In this document: piece by piece, positions 1 to 15,680 of the stretch
Position numbering within the stretch: the stretch's first letter is position 1
Layout of the letters: the number at the start of each line of letters is the position of its first letter
DNA from: Octopus sinensis
Lineage: Eukaryota
DNA length: 64,000 nucleotides
Reading direction: 5' to 3'
Assembly (NCBI RefSeq): GCF_006345805.1
Contig: NC_042998.1
Coordinates: forward strand, 72,106,001 to 72,170,000
The notes under the pieces: generated by a model
Seen by the model: only the letters and a program-made list of their open reading frames with translations
What the model was told of the DNA's origin: nothing
Database searches by the model: none
Position numbers and translations under genes: made by a program

Positions 1-1700
1 ATATTGGGTAGGCCAACAATCCATTCTAAAATTCAAGCACTCTAATAAGTAGTTAAATATATACACATTACTCGATTCTTGAAACTTCAATGTAATTCAA
101 CGAAAACACGTGAAACTATATTTGTGTGCATGGGTTTACTCTGAAAATGGAGTGCCAGAACAACATTATCGACACCTCACGTTTTTTCATTCTGAAAAGG
201 ATAAATACGTGGTGGAAACCTGCATAAAGATGTACAGAGAAGCTGCTATCGCGTGATGTGTGTACCAGCAGAGGGCTTTCATAATTTTAATCGGGAAACT
301 TTTCGGTCCTCGACCTTGTCTGTCAGCTTAGATTAAGATCAAGAAAAGAGTTAAACGATACCGACCACCCCTTTATACGACTAAGATGATCGCAGATATT
401 ATTTATAGAAGCAAATCATATATATCAAACTTGGTTACATCAGCAGTCTGTGTGTCCTGCTTCCACATCAATTGAATGAGGAATCCAAGTGTTTTCCATC
501 GGCGCTTCGTTGGAGAAACGTTAAAATAAACTCAACTTAAGAAAAGCATGTGCTAATAGGAGACAGAAATGGATACTCTAAGACAATGTGAATCGCAAAC
601 TATCATAGGCTCAGTGTGGTGAATAATCACAAGCAACATCCAAAGCAGACTTCATTCAAAAGATTTTAATTTGGTGTAGTTTTAAGGGTTTTGTCTTTAC
701 GAGCTCTGCTAACGGACAGGACCATCTGTTCTGTTGTGTACAGGTACCAGTTCGAGAAATTAAATGCAGTGATCAACCAGAAACCTACAGTGCTTGCAAA
801 TCATAAGGCCGTTGCCTTTAATGACAACAATATCAGATCACACACTTCAGATACGTTTGAATTTATTGGGGATTGACTGAGAACATTTCTATCATCCTTC
901 ATATTCGACTGACCTTGCTCAGGTTTATACCTCTTTAGATTCTTTCTTGTGAATAATTATATAATCTAAACGGATATTTGAGGAAGTTTCAGAAGTATAA
1001 TCTTTAAAACAACCGACTTCTCATTTAAAGTTATATCTGGTAGAACGTGCCACTAGACGAAATTAACGGCGGAAACTCCAGGGTTAACAACCGTATGACT
1101 TTTCATTATTTTGAAGAAAGGCGTGTATTGAACGAAAGGACTAAGGAATGAAAGAGCAATACCAGAAGAGGTTATAATAGGCAGTTCATCAAGAAAATTT
1201 ATATAAGGAGTAATGTTCATCGATAGCCGGACAATTAATAGGGCATGCTTATTTGGTATCTTATTCATGAAAACCAATATAACTAATGATTTAAATCCAC
1301 CTGAACTTTATATGCAAAAATAAAGTTAGAACCATAATGCTTCCAATTATTATTTTGTATGTTTGCATATTGACGAAACATTTCAACGTAAGATCTTAAT
1401 CGTTGTGTTATGAAGAAAAATGTTTGCTTTGTTCGGCTAATTTTATTCGGAATATCCTTCAACAAAATTAGGTTATTTATGAAGGATAACAGAAATTGTA
1501 GTTGGTAAGGGAACAATAAATAATTCGCGATTATTTGTAAAATATATTGAAACAAATACTTGATTGGAAATATATCTTATCGATCTTTGAATTATGAAAA
1601 GTGAACTCACATAGATAGGATTTGATCTCAGAATATTCGCCGTGACTGGGTAATACATCAAGTGTAACATAAGTTAAAAGCATTCATAAAAATGTGTGCA
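1..1700 (-). mobile_element. Highly degenerate Penelope-like retroelement remnant (tentative)
   Basis: Minus-strand broken frames weakly resemble PLE RT/thumb and GIY-YIG segments (e.g. 1053-1277, 1283-1555). A decayed hammerhead-like motif lies near 270-330. Many stops and frameshifts. Confidence 0.3.
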
Positions 1701-1867
1701 TTATTTTCCTTAAAGAAATCTCGCCCTTAACCTAAAGATACGGAATGTATTTACTATGTATTGCATTGACGGTTGAATCCATGAGCAGTATTATATTTTC
1801 CAATGTTTACAACCTATTGAAGAGTGTGTGTAAGTATAACACACACACATAAATACAATCGTAAATA

Positions 1868-1890
1868 TACATACACACACACACACACAC

Positions 1891-1932
<42 letters not shown>
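1868..1932. repeat. (CA)n/(TA)n microsatellite
   Basis: Read directly from the sequence. Confidence 0.95.
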
Positions 1933-3402
1933 TCGCACACATATCTATACGTATGTCTGAATACATTCTTGGCGCACATATATTTATGCATGTTTATGTA
2001 TCTATCCATGTAATTGTCGGTCTATGCTTCTCAAATTTGTATCCAAACGAGAAAGAAATTGCGTAAAATAGGAGTTATTGTGTAATAATGCTTTCAACAA
2101 ATTTTGCTAATGTTCAGCATGGGACCATCAGTGAAATTAATCTTATTTGTAAAACGCGCATAAATTTAATCTTTTCCAGTAGATATATGTTAACTTTGCG
2201 AGCGATATTTTCAGCATTCAACAACGACATAAATTGAACATCATAACCGACAGAGGCAGACACTGCAAATAAATTGAGATAGCTTCTAATCAATATTTGG
2301 TAGGTCTCATAACGACACTTTACGTACATTAGCAGAAGAATATTTCGAACGATATCGATAGATTTAATTCGCAAGTGTTAGAATTAATCAACAGTATTGA
2401 AACATTTTGATTCTTCTTTCTCAAAATATATCAAGTAAATGCACCATAGTAAATACTGAACAAAATTATTACTATTTAATATTTTTTTAGGAATTTCAAA
2501 CAGCGAAGTCGATATTTTGCGAATGATTGGCGTCTTAAAAATAGGTTTCTCAAATCATAGATTTCTAACATGTGAAGATAATAACGTGGAAATATTTTAT
2601 GCAAATGGGCTTGAGACTAAATGCATTATCAAGTCTCTACCCACGGTGATTTACGAAGCGGGCCTCTCTAGAAAGCCTAAGTTTGCAGTGATACTGTATT
2701 CCTGAATATAATAAACTGTGTTAATTTGTTCAATATATATGCTATAAAAAGTTGAGTAAAATATATTTTCTCTAAAGTGTAATAATTTCTTTTAGGAACA
2801 ATTAACATCTTCAAAACATATACATTACTGTTAGTTACTTAATCAACATTGGCGTCACATGCCGTTACCTAGGTGACAGTGTTTATAACTAGATATATAA
2901 ATCTAAGCTTCTGTCAATCTGTGTTAAACATGTACTTGAACCTCCAAAGATTCTCTCTACTACAGATTTGATATGCAACAAATATATTGTACGTATATCT
3001 TAACATTCCCCATTATGACCAAGACAAAAGCAAGTGCTGATGTTGTTCAGTTTAACTGTCACCGCAAGCGTTTCACTTCCGAAGTTCTGACAACTGTGCC
3101 ATTCAGTCACATAAGAATGTGAAGAACTGCTCATTAAAAGGCACTTCAAAACTTCGTTCTTCAATAATGCTGCTAATGCCCTGCATTTCGGAGCATGATT
3201 ACAGCAGTGACCCTACTTTTCACTAGGAAGTCCACGCTTCTGTTCCGAAATATGTTTCTGCATGATTACAGAAGTAGCACTATTTTTCGCTGGGGCCTTC
3301 GTGATTCTGTTCGGAGAATGTTTCTCACGGGAATTGCAATATCGATAACTCTTTCAGGGCGATGGAATGGTCGTCATTACAGAGCCTGGATAAAATGTCT
3401 TG

Positions 3403-3625
3403 AAGGCGGCGAGCTGGCAGAAACGTTAGCACGCCGGGCGCAATGCTTATCGGTATTTCATCTGTCTTTATGTCCTGAGATTAAAATCCGCCGAGGTCAA
3501 CTTTGCCTTTCATCCTTTCGAGGTCGATAAAATTAAGTATCAGTTGCGTACTGGTGTCAATCTAATCGAATGGACCCCTCCATCAAAATTTGGGCCTTGT
3601 ACCTAGAGTAGAAATGAATATCGGC
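3403..3625 (+). mobile_element. tRNA-derived SINE, family A
   Basis: Head GGCGGCGAGCTGGCAGAAACGTTAGCACGCCGGGC and body GCCGAGGTCAACTTTGCCTTTCATCCTTTCG are shared with copies at 10747, 26149, 26735 and 60283. Confidence 0.85.
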
Positions 3626-3804
3626 AACTCTTTCAAGACTGTGTTAAATTATATTAAATAATATTTTTTCAACCACTTTCCGTACATTAACAATTGATAC
3701 TCATTCGCATTCGTTCATCATAAACATTAATTGCATATATACTTAATATATATATATATATACCCATACACGGACAGATATGTCTACCCTATCCTATCCT
3801 ATCC

Positions 3805-3958
<154 letters not shown>

Positions 3959-3973
3959 GATAATTGCACTTAG

Positions 3974-4679
3974 TGGTAAGACCATAGCGGATCTACTTTT
4001 AGCATAAGAGTTGTCGACATAGTAGTCACCCCTCTTATATGTATATAATACAATTTACTGAAGCTTCAGATTTTATATGCTACACCACTGGTGTTAAACT
4101 GATATTAATTAAATTAATATCTAATTTCTCACCCTCATTTTAAATTTAAATTTAACTTAAATTTAACTAGCCGGCAAAAGCCACTACAGTAAATTGTTTT
4201 CTGCAATATTATTTTCCTGTAACTTAGCGCGCCAAAACGAGGACTTTTCAAAAATAGCCGCTAGGGTAATAGCTAGAACTAGATACAGGTCCCACCTCGT
4301 GCAGACGTCTTCGTATATAGTTCTGCATATTATATTTGTATAGACGGTCACACTGAATTTCTACGGACAAATTGCGTATGTAAAATTACCTAATCTGTTA
4401 ATAGTGAAACATGTATGGGAATAATCTATATTTTGTTAAATTTCATTTGTCTTGCTCGCTTACGTTCTGGTGTTTGCAAAATTTTTATTGAGAACATTTA
4501 TTAATGGTAAGACCATATCGGATCTACTTCTAGTTAAAGGGTTGTCCACATAGTGGTCGTCCCTCTTATATGGATATTATACAATTTACTGAACCTTCAG
4601 ATTTTATGTGATAGAGCACTGGTGTTAAATTTATGTTAATTAAATCAATATCTAATTTCTCACCCTCATTTTAAATTTA
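3974..4679. repeat. Pair of ~175-bp diverged direct repeats (3974-4148 and 4505-4679)
   Basis: Both start TGGTAAGACCATA(G/T)CGGATCTACTT and end CTAATTTCTCACCCTCATTTTAAATTTA. Period 531 bp. Confidence 0.85.
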
Positions 4680-6404
4680 GGATAATTACACTGTAGAATA
4701 CATGTGTGTCTGTGCGTGCTTGCACGTATTTGTATGTGGAGGCATACCCAATTTGTAATATAAAGACTTAATCGTCGAAGGCTATACCAGTTAAAAATAA
4801 TTCATAGGTAAAGTGATTACAATATGTTCGTTTTTTTTAAAGCATAACATCTCGAGATCTCATTTTATTCCGCTACTAGTCACTGAATTATCCTTTTTGC
4901 ATGGCGCATGTGTTTTACTGTTGCAAAAAGTAACTTTTTCTCGCCCAAATATTTATGTCTTGCTTTAAAATTTTCTCATTTCAGGGAGCAGGTATTGTCT
5001 TTTACACAGACTTCCAAAATTACCCCGTGTGCATTTCGGTATTAAGAAGAATCACACATTTTGTGTGGAGGGCAGCATCTAGTAAGTAATGGAAAGGAAT
5101 TTTATATATAGTAATTGAAACTGGTAGTAATTGAATGATATATTTATTTGCTATTGTGAACGATGACATTATTCTAATTGATAAAATATAATTCAATATT
5201 ACTGCAAGCCGAAGCAAATTTGCCTAAAAACAAATAAAGCGCTTTCAGTAAGTATCTGTTCAAATCCTACTATGGTTAATTTTGCCTTCTTTTTATGGTT
5301 CAATAATGTAAGTAAAATAAATATAGGTCTGTTTAAAAGCTTATGACATCTCTATTGAAGTTATTTTATGCCATGGCGTCATAAATCAATATCGTTGGAA
5401 AATGGGGTCACATAAGAATGCAAAGATACTTAAAAGTGCAAATATGATTGCCAAAGTAAATATATTGCATTCATTTACGGATTTAGTTCTGTATCTGACA
5501 ATCAACAAATATCAATATTAATTACACAAAATCTGTGCATTAGTGTTTCCTTTACGATATTTTTTTTGATTAGATCAGTAAGAGGCAAATGCAAAGACGT
5601 ATTCATATAGAAATTGAGAAGTATTATATGAGATTTGTGTTGCCTCACCTCCCCTCAATCTACATCATTTAAAATTTCATTCTTCCAGTGAATAGTATGA
5701 ATAATATCTTCAGTTGTCGTCTCTATATTTTCGAAAGAAGCATTATTCAGTGATCCATGACGGTATAAAATTCACCTTTAAGCGAAGAAAAGGAGACAAT
5801 ACAGCAGTAAATAGTTGGCAGTTTTAGCGGGAAATGACTTTATTCCATGCATGACACATTCTTGTAAAGCAAGCTACAAACATATTTTTCTATATACTAA
5901 CATGCGCAAGCACCGTTTGTAAATAATCTCAAAAGTGATATTTGGTATTTCATAGAAATGCAATTGTAAAATATCTCTTAAAACGAATAAAGCCATTGCA
6001 TTGTTCACAAATATAAATGAATAAAGGAAGAATATATCAATCAGATATATTTGTAACTTGTTTATACGAAATATATCTGTAGCAATCAATTATACTTTAA
6101 GAAATGACAGATGGGATTAAAAAAATAACAACGCCGTGGTACATTACATGCAATGGCAAAAATAGTATGAAAATTCGATCCTCATTTTGCTCTTACAGAA
6201 TTACTATAATGCTAAAACGATTTTTAAAAAATGTAGAAAAATGATATCCTAGACAGTATTTTAGAATATAATTATAATTCAATTCTTGTTATGAAAGTAT
6301 AAACAAATTTAAATGTTGCTCTCAATTTAAATGTTACTCTCGTTTTCTAAAACTATATAACGAAATAGTGTATGACATTTTGCAATAGTACACACGCTCA
6401 CACT

Positions 6405-6427
6405 GTCTCTCTCTCTCTCTCACTCTT

Positions 6428-6459
<32 letters not shown>

Positions 6460-6665
6460 TCTCTTTCTCGCTCTCTCTCTCTTTCTATCTCTCTCACTCA
6501 CACACACAAGCACACATACACACATATCATATACATTACACATATATATTTTGCATAGCAGCACAAAGACGCATACTCGAGAAAAACGACATTCACACAC
6601 ACACAAACACACACATACGCACACGCGCGCAGACACACATACACACATACACACATATATATACA
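6405..6665. repeat. Compound (CT)n/(CA)n microsatellite
   Basis: Read directly from the sequence. Confidence 0.9.
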
Positions 6666-7399
6666 TGAATTATGATAGGTCTAAATTTATTACTCTATGT
6701 TTATAAGTGATGTTGCTATTCAAATTCCGCCATCATATATCACATATATTGATTGATCTATCACATATATATCACATAAATTGAATGATCAATGGTTTGT
6801 CATAGACAATGTTTTTTTTTTTTTACAATAATGCTACTCTAGATCTATAGTGATAGTGTCCAAGAACAACATGGAAAAGTCGATAAAATATGATTAAATT
6901 AAGCGGAAGGAATTTGTCTACAACGTTGATTCATAAGTGAGTGTCGGTATTTCTATCGATATTTGCTTGCTATAAAGATGGGGAAAAACCTCAGAAAGCG
7001 ATATAAATTTCAGTTATACAGACGTTAGGTTCCCATAATATAGTGCATCGAAAACAATCGCAGTCTTTTTTTTTTTATCAGAAGACAGAAAAAACTTAGA
7101 CAATATATGACTATAGTCCGAAAAGAAAACTGAAGAATTTTGGGAACAAAACAATTTAAATCATGTAATTTCTTGCAACTAATGAAGTCATCAAAAATAT
7201 ATGCTTCAATAATATGGTTCAACAAAACAGAAATACCATTGCTTTCGGCAGTTAATAATATGTAAAAAATCCACGCCTTAATACAATGTAAAATAACCTA
7301 AAAATTCACCAGTAATTTCCTTAGCCTATTTAAAAAATCCCCATGCAGTAATAGTGGTCAATTTTTTAAATATCTCAAAGAATAATTCAATAAGATGAA

Positions 7400-8160
7400 G
7401 TTTTCCTACTATTACAGCGAGTTCGGGCTGATATGGTGTCTTTGCGTCATTGTATCGCAAACAGATTTATCTGTTGTTGAATAGCTAACAGCGATGGAGA
7501 GCAAAAGGACTGAAGTCGTAATTGAGTAAGACATAGTTGATATGAAGGTGTGGAAGCCATCTGAATATTGGAGAAGATTTACTTCTATTTTGATGATTCG
7601 CGCAGGGGCATGCTGACATGATGATTTCAACTCAATGTTACATAAATAGTGAAGAGACCATGACTTGACATGGATAGGTACAATGCTTTCCACGAAGACG
7701 TGAGCAGCAGACATCCACACACAACCATTCTTCCTTATATCTTTGAACAAGACCAGAGTTTCAATTCACATGGCTATATGATATTGCCGGACACTGGTCC
7801 ATCGCTCTCTGGTAAAGTTTGCTCCTGTAGGGACATGTCTATTGTTGCGAAATTCACCTCAGTCAAAACCTGTTGGCGAGCATTTCTGGGACTTTACCTC
7901 CGGTAATTTCTGGGCATCTCATTCCACGATTTTTAATTCTATGCATTGCCATGTCTAGGGTATGTTTGGGAAAGACGCCAACCGCTCTGCCTGTGCCAAA
8001 ATCCGGAGCCGACTTGATCGTGGTGGAAGGTGATGACAGCTACTTCGAGTAAACTGTTATATCCCAAGCATAATCTGGTTGATATTGTTTCGATGGTTTC
8101 ATGAGATATTGTGTTTTCTTTTCTTTTTAAGCAAACTGTCAGTTGTAGCCGGAAAAACGT
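7400..8160 (-). pseudogene. Degenerate transposase-like coding remnant (possibly Zator-type DDE; uncertain)
   Basis: An island of higher GC and complex sequence. The broken minus frame GKHCTYPCQVMVSSLFM...NHQNRS...LNYDFSPFALHR is only loosely reminiscent of Zator-type transposases. Confidence 0.25.
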
Positions 8161-8559
8161 GTACATTTGTGAAACTTGACATCCTTGCCTACAATTGAGT
8201 CGCGATCACCATTTCACTCCGTTTCTCTTTTAACTTACCCACGTACCTATGCCCACGCCCTCATTTTGAGGACTTATAACCTATGTTTGAAATCATGAAA
8301 ATTAGCACAAGGGCATGGGTGGGAGTCTAACACAAAAGACAAACCAAGAGGAATGCGTTGAGCATGATGGAACTATGTGCAAGACTGTTCATCCGAAAGT
8401 ATAAAAAATATAAAAATATGTATTCGTGTACACACACCTACACAGAGACGTATACACATATACAAACACAAAATATATATGAATGTATATATGTGTTGTG
8501 TGTGTTTGTTTGTGTGTTGTATTTATGTATATATAAATAGACATATACATACATGCATG

Positions 8560-8950
<391 letters not shown>

Positions 8951-10746
8951 ATGCAAGCATACATGCATTCATGCACATGGAAAGCTATCTATCTATCGGT
9001 TGTGTTGCTATTCAAATTCCTCCATTTATGTATATGTTAATATATGTTTGACGAGCAATTTTCTCAGAATAAGTCTCTTGGTGCAATTCTGTTTGACTAC
9101 TGTACCTTCGCCAGCATGTGTATAAAAGCCACAAAGTATCGTTGAACAACAGTAAATAGATACCAGACAAATATATTTAGGAATAATTCTTTCTAGACGG
9201 GATAGAATATAGTGGTAACTCAACATCAAAACGATCAACACGAAAGTAACCTCCCGAGAGATCTTGGTTTATAGACATGTACAAGCGGCATCAGGTAAAA
9301 GATAATCCATATCAAATATGTATCTTATATTATGCACAAATGCTCACAATTATCAATTGGCTCGTAGATATTATATTCCAGTTTATGTCCACAAAAACTA
9401 AGGAAAATAACATATCCAAAATATTACCGTCTACTAAGTTTTCCACTTCAGAACATTGTTATGGTACGGCGTATATCAGAAGGTGTCCCTCGTTTGCTAA
9501 CATTATAGGTTATCAATCAGGTTGAATTAGATATTAAACTTCCCGGAACAGGTGAATTTATTGCAAAATAGACGCGCCTCCCTAACCTTCTGAGACATGT
9601 GTACACACCTACGCGCGCTCGTACACACACACGCGCGCGCAGACACACATGTCCTTGAGTTTTTTGTGTGTACGTGTTTATGTCGTTGCATGCCTTTGTG
9701 ACTGTACATATAGTGTAAAATGGTTGTAAGTGTATATATCGAAGATCGTATTGTACTAAACATGCCTCATTGAATGGGAACCCATATGGCTTCATGCATT
9801 TGTTATTAAATGAATTCAATTGTTTTTTTTTAGCAGTCATCACTTTCCTTACCAGAATATATTTCTCACGTTGACCAACGCCACAGATATGTGTTCATGC
9901 TTACTCATAACTGTTCGTGACCTTACAAGAACATATCCCCATACATACACATATATATGCGCGCACGCGCGCGCGCGTGTGTGTGTGCTTATACATACAT
10001 ACATATATATATATACATACATTCGCACATACAGACACCCGCACAGACACAGACACATACAGACACACACGCACACACTCAGACACATAGACATACACAC
10101 ATAATATTTTGTAAGTGTTCGGTTAATACTCATGCTGACCCCAGAGTCGCGTGAAAAAAAATCGATATGAAGATATTTAGGCACATGAATAAGCGAAATA
10201 CGTGTAGTGTAATCAATTTGCATATGAATGATAGATTACTCCGAATGTAACCTTTGCTGTAGTGCTCATCTATTTATTAAGGAATATTTTGTGGCACATT
10301 GTATAGGTTCGAATAACTATCACTACATTTATTCTGAAAATTTACTTAATTCTGAACCCGTAAAGAGGTTAGTATTTGACTCGCGTAGCATATAAGGGTT
10401 ACACGTAAACATAACGATCCGTATATTCATTAATTGAATAGACATAATTTCTAGCAAGCGTTATTTGATGTCACTATATTTCGAAAAACCGCCTTGAAGT
10501 ATATGGTTTCAGTTCTGAATTACACAGGTGCGCGTTATGTCTAAACGTGTAGACATCACTTTTGCTATAAAGTACACAATTGCAAAGAACATCTGAAAGC
10601 AAAGTACATACACAGCAAAGTTATTATCATTACAATTTACAAAATATTAAAGGCTTGATTTATTTTTAACCCCATTATAGCCTTGTTTATTTTATCGTTT
10701 ATATTTTTATTTATTGCATGTTTGTAATATTATACAACGCAGTTTG

Positions 10747-11470
10747 GGCGGCGAGCTGGCAGAATCGGTAGCACGCCGGGAAGAAATGCTTAGCAGTATG
10801 TCGTCTGCCGCTACCTTCTAAGTTTAAATTCTGCCGAGGTCGACTTCGCCTTTCATCCTTTCGGGGTTGATTAAATAAGTACCAGTTACGAACTGGGGTT
10901 GATATAATCGACTTAATCCGTTTGTATTTAGCCTCCTGTGGGTAGTAAAGAAATAGGTATTTAGTCTGCCGTTACGTTTTGAGTTCAAATTCCGCCGAGG
11001 CCGACTTTGCCTTTCATCCTTTCAGGGTCGATAAATTAAGTATCAGTTACGCACTGGGGTCGATGTAATCCGTTTGTCTGTCCTCCTTGTGGGTAGTAAA
11101 GAAATAGGTATTTCATGTTCAAATTCTGCAGACGTCGACTTTGCCTATCATTCATTTCGGGGTCAGTAAAATAAGTACCCATTGAACACTGGGGTCGATG
11201 CAATCGACTTAACCTCTACACCTAAATTGCTGTCATTGCCAAAAGTTGAAATCAATATTATACAGTACAGTTAAGATGGTGACCTTTCAGAATCGTTAGC
11301 GTGCCGAGCAAAATTCTTAGCGTTCTGAATTCAGATTCTCCTGATGTCGAATTTGCCTTTCATTCATTTCGGGCTTGGTAAAATAAGTACCAGATGAACA
11401 GTGGGGTCGATGCAATCGACCTAACCACACCTCCTGAATTGCTGGCTTTGTGCCAAAATTTGAAACCGCC
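10747..11470 (+). mobile_element. Chain of four family-A SINE copies or fragments
   Basis: Full copy 10747-10962, headless copy ~10963-11114, older fragments ~11115-11255 and ~11270-11470. All carry TTTGCCTTTCATCC/TGGGGTCGAT body motifs. Confidence 0.85.
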
Positions 11471-13801
11471 GATATACACTGCAGTTATATTATCCAATGA
11501 ATCGTTAGAAGACTGTAACTTGAAGAACAAATTTACAGCTACTTCTGCTACCTACTGTAATCTCACCGAAATTTCCTGCTTCGTTTATCGTGCCTAAAAT
11601 TGCTAGTTTTGACCTCTGCTTTAGATTTCCCATGGAAAGTAAGGGGTGAAAACAATCTTCTCAGGTCATTGGTGCCACCAATATACTTGGAGACGTATCT
11701 ACTAATGTGCGTATGGGGGAATGGTAGAAAATATTAAACCCTATAGTTGCTAGTGATGTTGCCTCCAAACATTTCTCTGGTTGGTGTCACTATAACTGGA
11801 TCGAACCAGTTTTGTCATCTGTCCCTTGTCATGCATAATGTCATTGTTTGTGGTCCGGTTGTTTGTCGTCTCGACTGAAGAATGTCTTACAGCATACCCA
11901 TATACACATTAAAAAGATATTCTTTCATTTCTGTAATCCTGTGTCTGTACCTCTCATATTATTGATATGTTTCCGTTGCCGGTACATGATTTGTAAATTG
12001 TGAACGGACATTCTACTTGTTGTACCTGGGGTAAACACCCAATTTCTCTCTTTTCAATACTCTGCTTTAGGTTCAGTGTGCTTATTATTCAGAAGATAGA
12101 ATGTCAGGCAGAAAGTATATTCTATATTGTTTAAATAACATTGGTTACTGAAATTTTGTGTATATATTTATAGATGTAGGAGTACAATTGCATATTCAGC
12201 GGGTTGCACTTCATATAACTGTACTCATTTTTATCAGCGACTGAATGAAACCCAAGCATTCACGAATATACTTCCATATATGCATATATGTATATGTACA
12301 TGGACATAGATACGCGCACAGATATAGATATATGTATTTGAGTGTGTTAGACGAAGAAGCAGTAATGAATAAAAGAATGGAAGATATGAACGTGGATGAA
12401 ACTTAAGAAAAGACAAAACTAAATAAATGGACCCACACACAGTTCTATTGATCGACAACGAAATGATGTATCGTGTATCCAGTAAAAATCTATGGATACT
12501 TAATTCAAAACGTGTAAAGATTACAAAAGTTAATTCACCACACGCTTCACATGTTTCCATGAAAGATTTCTTTGAAAGGAAATAAGCAACGTTACATTCT
12601 ATAGGCAATGTGATATAATTCTATACAATGTACGTGATATGTTTCGATTCGATTCATATTAGCCTAGTTGTCGTTAGCATAAATTCTTTGATAAATTAAC
12701 ATTAAAAATAATTCAAGCCATTAGCAAAAATACTTACAAAGGAAAAGTTACAATTACAATAATTTAAGAGGATACTGTAATAGAATCTTCCCTCTTTTAC
12801 AGTGAAAATTTAAGCACATACCTTCTGAATTTCAAACCAACTTTGTAGAAAATGCAGTTAAATTAGAAACTTTTTCTGGAAGTTAGCCTAATAGTCAACT
12901 GATAGAATATTTCTCCACAATTATACCACTATTCCTGTTCTAGCATTTCCCTTTCCAAAGTAACCACGACTCACACACAATTCAGTTCAACCGGGCACTA
13001 AATTGATAAGTGGCTCTGATAAAGCAAAGCAATTTCATGGATACATAAGTTAATGCACACTTAAGTTATACGCTCACATGAACCTTACTTGAAGAATGTT
13101 ATGTTGTCCCAACTTAAATATTTTTCTATCAAAACCAGAGATTCCAGACTCGCCCACTCTTCTGTTCTTTAATATAGACATGACTGCTTTCTACATTGTT
13201 CAGTAGTGATTTTCGTATGCGTGATACTCAATATAAAATATAGACGGATAGCAACACACATAAAAGGAAAAGACAGATGATAGTCAACTTGCAACACCCT
13301 TGCGTAACCTGCAAAGTAGGTCGAATGCTATATTTATTGAATGAAACAGAATAATTCTCTTAACGAAGAACAAAACAATGCCTTAGGAGTATAATATTTT
13401 TATCACATGCCTAATATAGTTTCAAGAACCAAGGAGAATTTACTAACCAGTTTGCAAACAATTCAACGGATAAAATAATACATTTCATGTCTAGTACGAT
13501 GTGAAGGTTGTTTTAAAAGGATTACAACAGCAGGAAAATTTGAAATGGAGGATTGGTTGCATAAATATGCAAGTAGAACTTAATTAAAAGACACAAAATA
13601 TTAATTAGATATTGAAACCACGAGAGCTAAATGTCAGACAGGGTGACTCAAAAAGAATCATGCATTATAAAACGCTAGGTAGAAACACAGAGAGAAACTC
13701 ATAAGTAAAGCATACCCAAACAAACAAGCACACTACACATTCGTACATACAAAACCATATACACAAACACGATTATACATACATAAAAACATGAAAGAGA
13801 A

Positions 13802-13806
<5 letters not shown>

Positions 13807-13871
<65 letters not shown>

Positions 13872-13923
13872 GTATATATATATGTATATCTATATGTATA
13901 TATATGTATATATGTATATATAT

Positions 13924-13980
<57 letters not shown>

Positions 13981-14001
13981 ATATATATGTACACGTACAT
14001 G

Positions 14002-14034
<33 letters not shown>

Positions 14035-14830
14035 GTATGTTTCTATATGTATGTATATAACTCCATACGCTGGTACAGATAAATGTTTTGTATAAAATGT
14101 ATATCGATTGTGTTTAAGTAGTTCCAAGAAAATATAGAAATCGTTATTGATCTTTGATCTATATATCTACATCAAATAAGCAGAGAAGTTCATAGAAACA
14201 AATACACATCCGCAAACTTCAGAGCTACTATATCAGTGCTTGCTTATTTATTGATTGTCACTTGTAGAAACCTAGACCCTTATATATATATATATATACA
14301 CACACACATATATATATATATATATGCATATGTGAACGCGTGTTTGCGTGCGTGTGAGTATGCATGTGCGTGTTTTTGAGTGTACATTTGCGTGAGTGAG
14401 TGTGTGTTTATGTGTTGTTATGTGTGTAAATGTAGGAGGCATACATACAGTGAATAATACACAGTAAATACAAAACTAAAACTCGTGTGCGAGCACAGAA
14501 AGAGAGCGTATCTTAACCAGAAAAATAGGATGCACGCTCACATGAAACCAAATTTATGAACGCGTATACACATATTCATATATTTCATATCTGTATATAT
14601 GCGGATCTATATATATATATATGCGTATGTGTGTGTATGAGTGTGTGTGTGTGTAGCATCCCTATATCAATGCATTTTATACAACCATATGCATATAAAT
14701 CGATGTAATACGAACATATACATGTTTGTACGTATATACCCATCCATACATGCATTCGTCCATACATATGTATGTAGCTGTATGCTTATAAATAAGTTTA
14801 CAATTACACGCCAATATATATGTAGACATG

Positions 14831-14912
<82 letters not shown>

Positions 14913-15466
14913 CTGTGGATAAATATACGCATACACTTACGTATATATGTATATATATAAATACATGAACAGGAATCTCCTTCAGATTACATGCTATATT
15001 CTGATAATGCTACTTTGATATTATACAAACGTAAATAGCTTACCGACTGATCTTTTCTTTATGTAACACCACAATGGTACAGAAATATGGGGTATGAATC
15101 TGTATGTGTGTGAGAAAAAGAACAAAGAAGAAAACCATAATCCGATTCAAATTGAGAGCTTCTCGTCCAAATCAAATATAATTCCTTTACTTCAGAATAG
15201 AGGATGTCAAAAAGCTATGTATAAAGTACAAAGATTTTTATATTTATTTTTTTTTATCAGTGGACTAACACCTTCATCATCACAAATAATATATATTCAG
15301 TTGGATGAAGTTTTCTTTGTAAGATGATTGAATAGATGTGGGCTTCCTCATTTCATCTCTTTGCTAGCTTTTATAATATACACTCGCATACATTTTTAAA
15401 ACATGCATATAGCTATGCATACTCACACCCACCCATATATATGTATATATATATGTGTATATATAT

Positions 15467-15498
<32 letters not shown>

Positions 15499-15649
15499 AA
15501 TATGTATATATATATGTATATATGTATATATATATATATATGTATAAATATATATATATATATATATACATATATATATAGATATATATGCATATATATA
15601 TTTACATACATATATATGTAGATTCATACACACATGCATGCATACATAC

Positions 15650-15680
<31 letters not shown>

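Noticed and set aside
270-330. Minus-strand CTGACAGA…GGTC gag GACC GAAA hammerhead-like motif
   Set aside because: The core has extra bases and stems I and III do not pair; at best a decayed relic.
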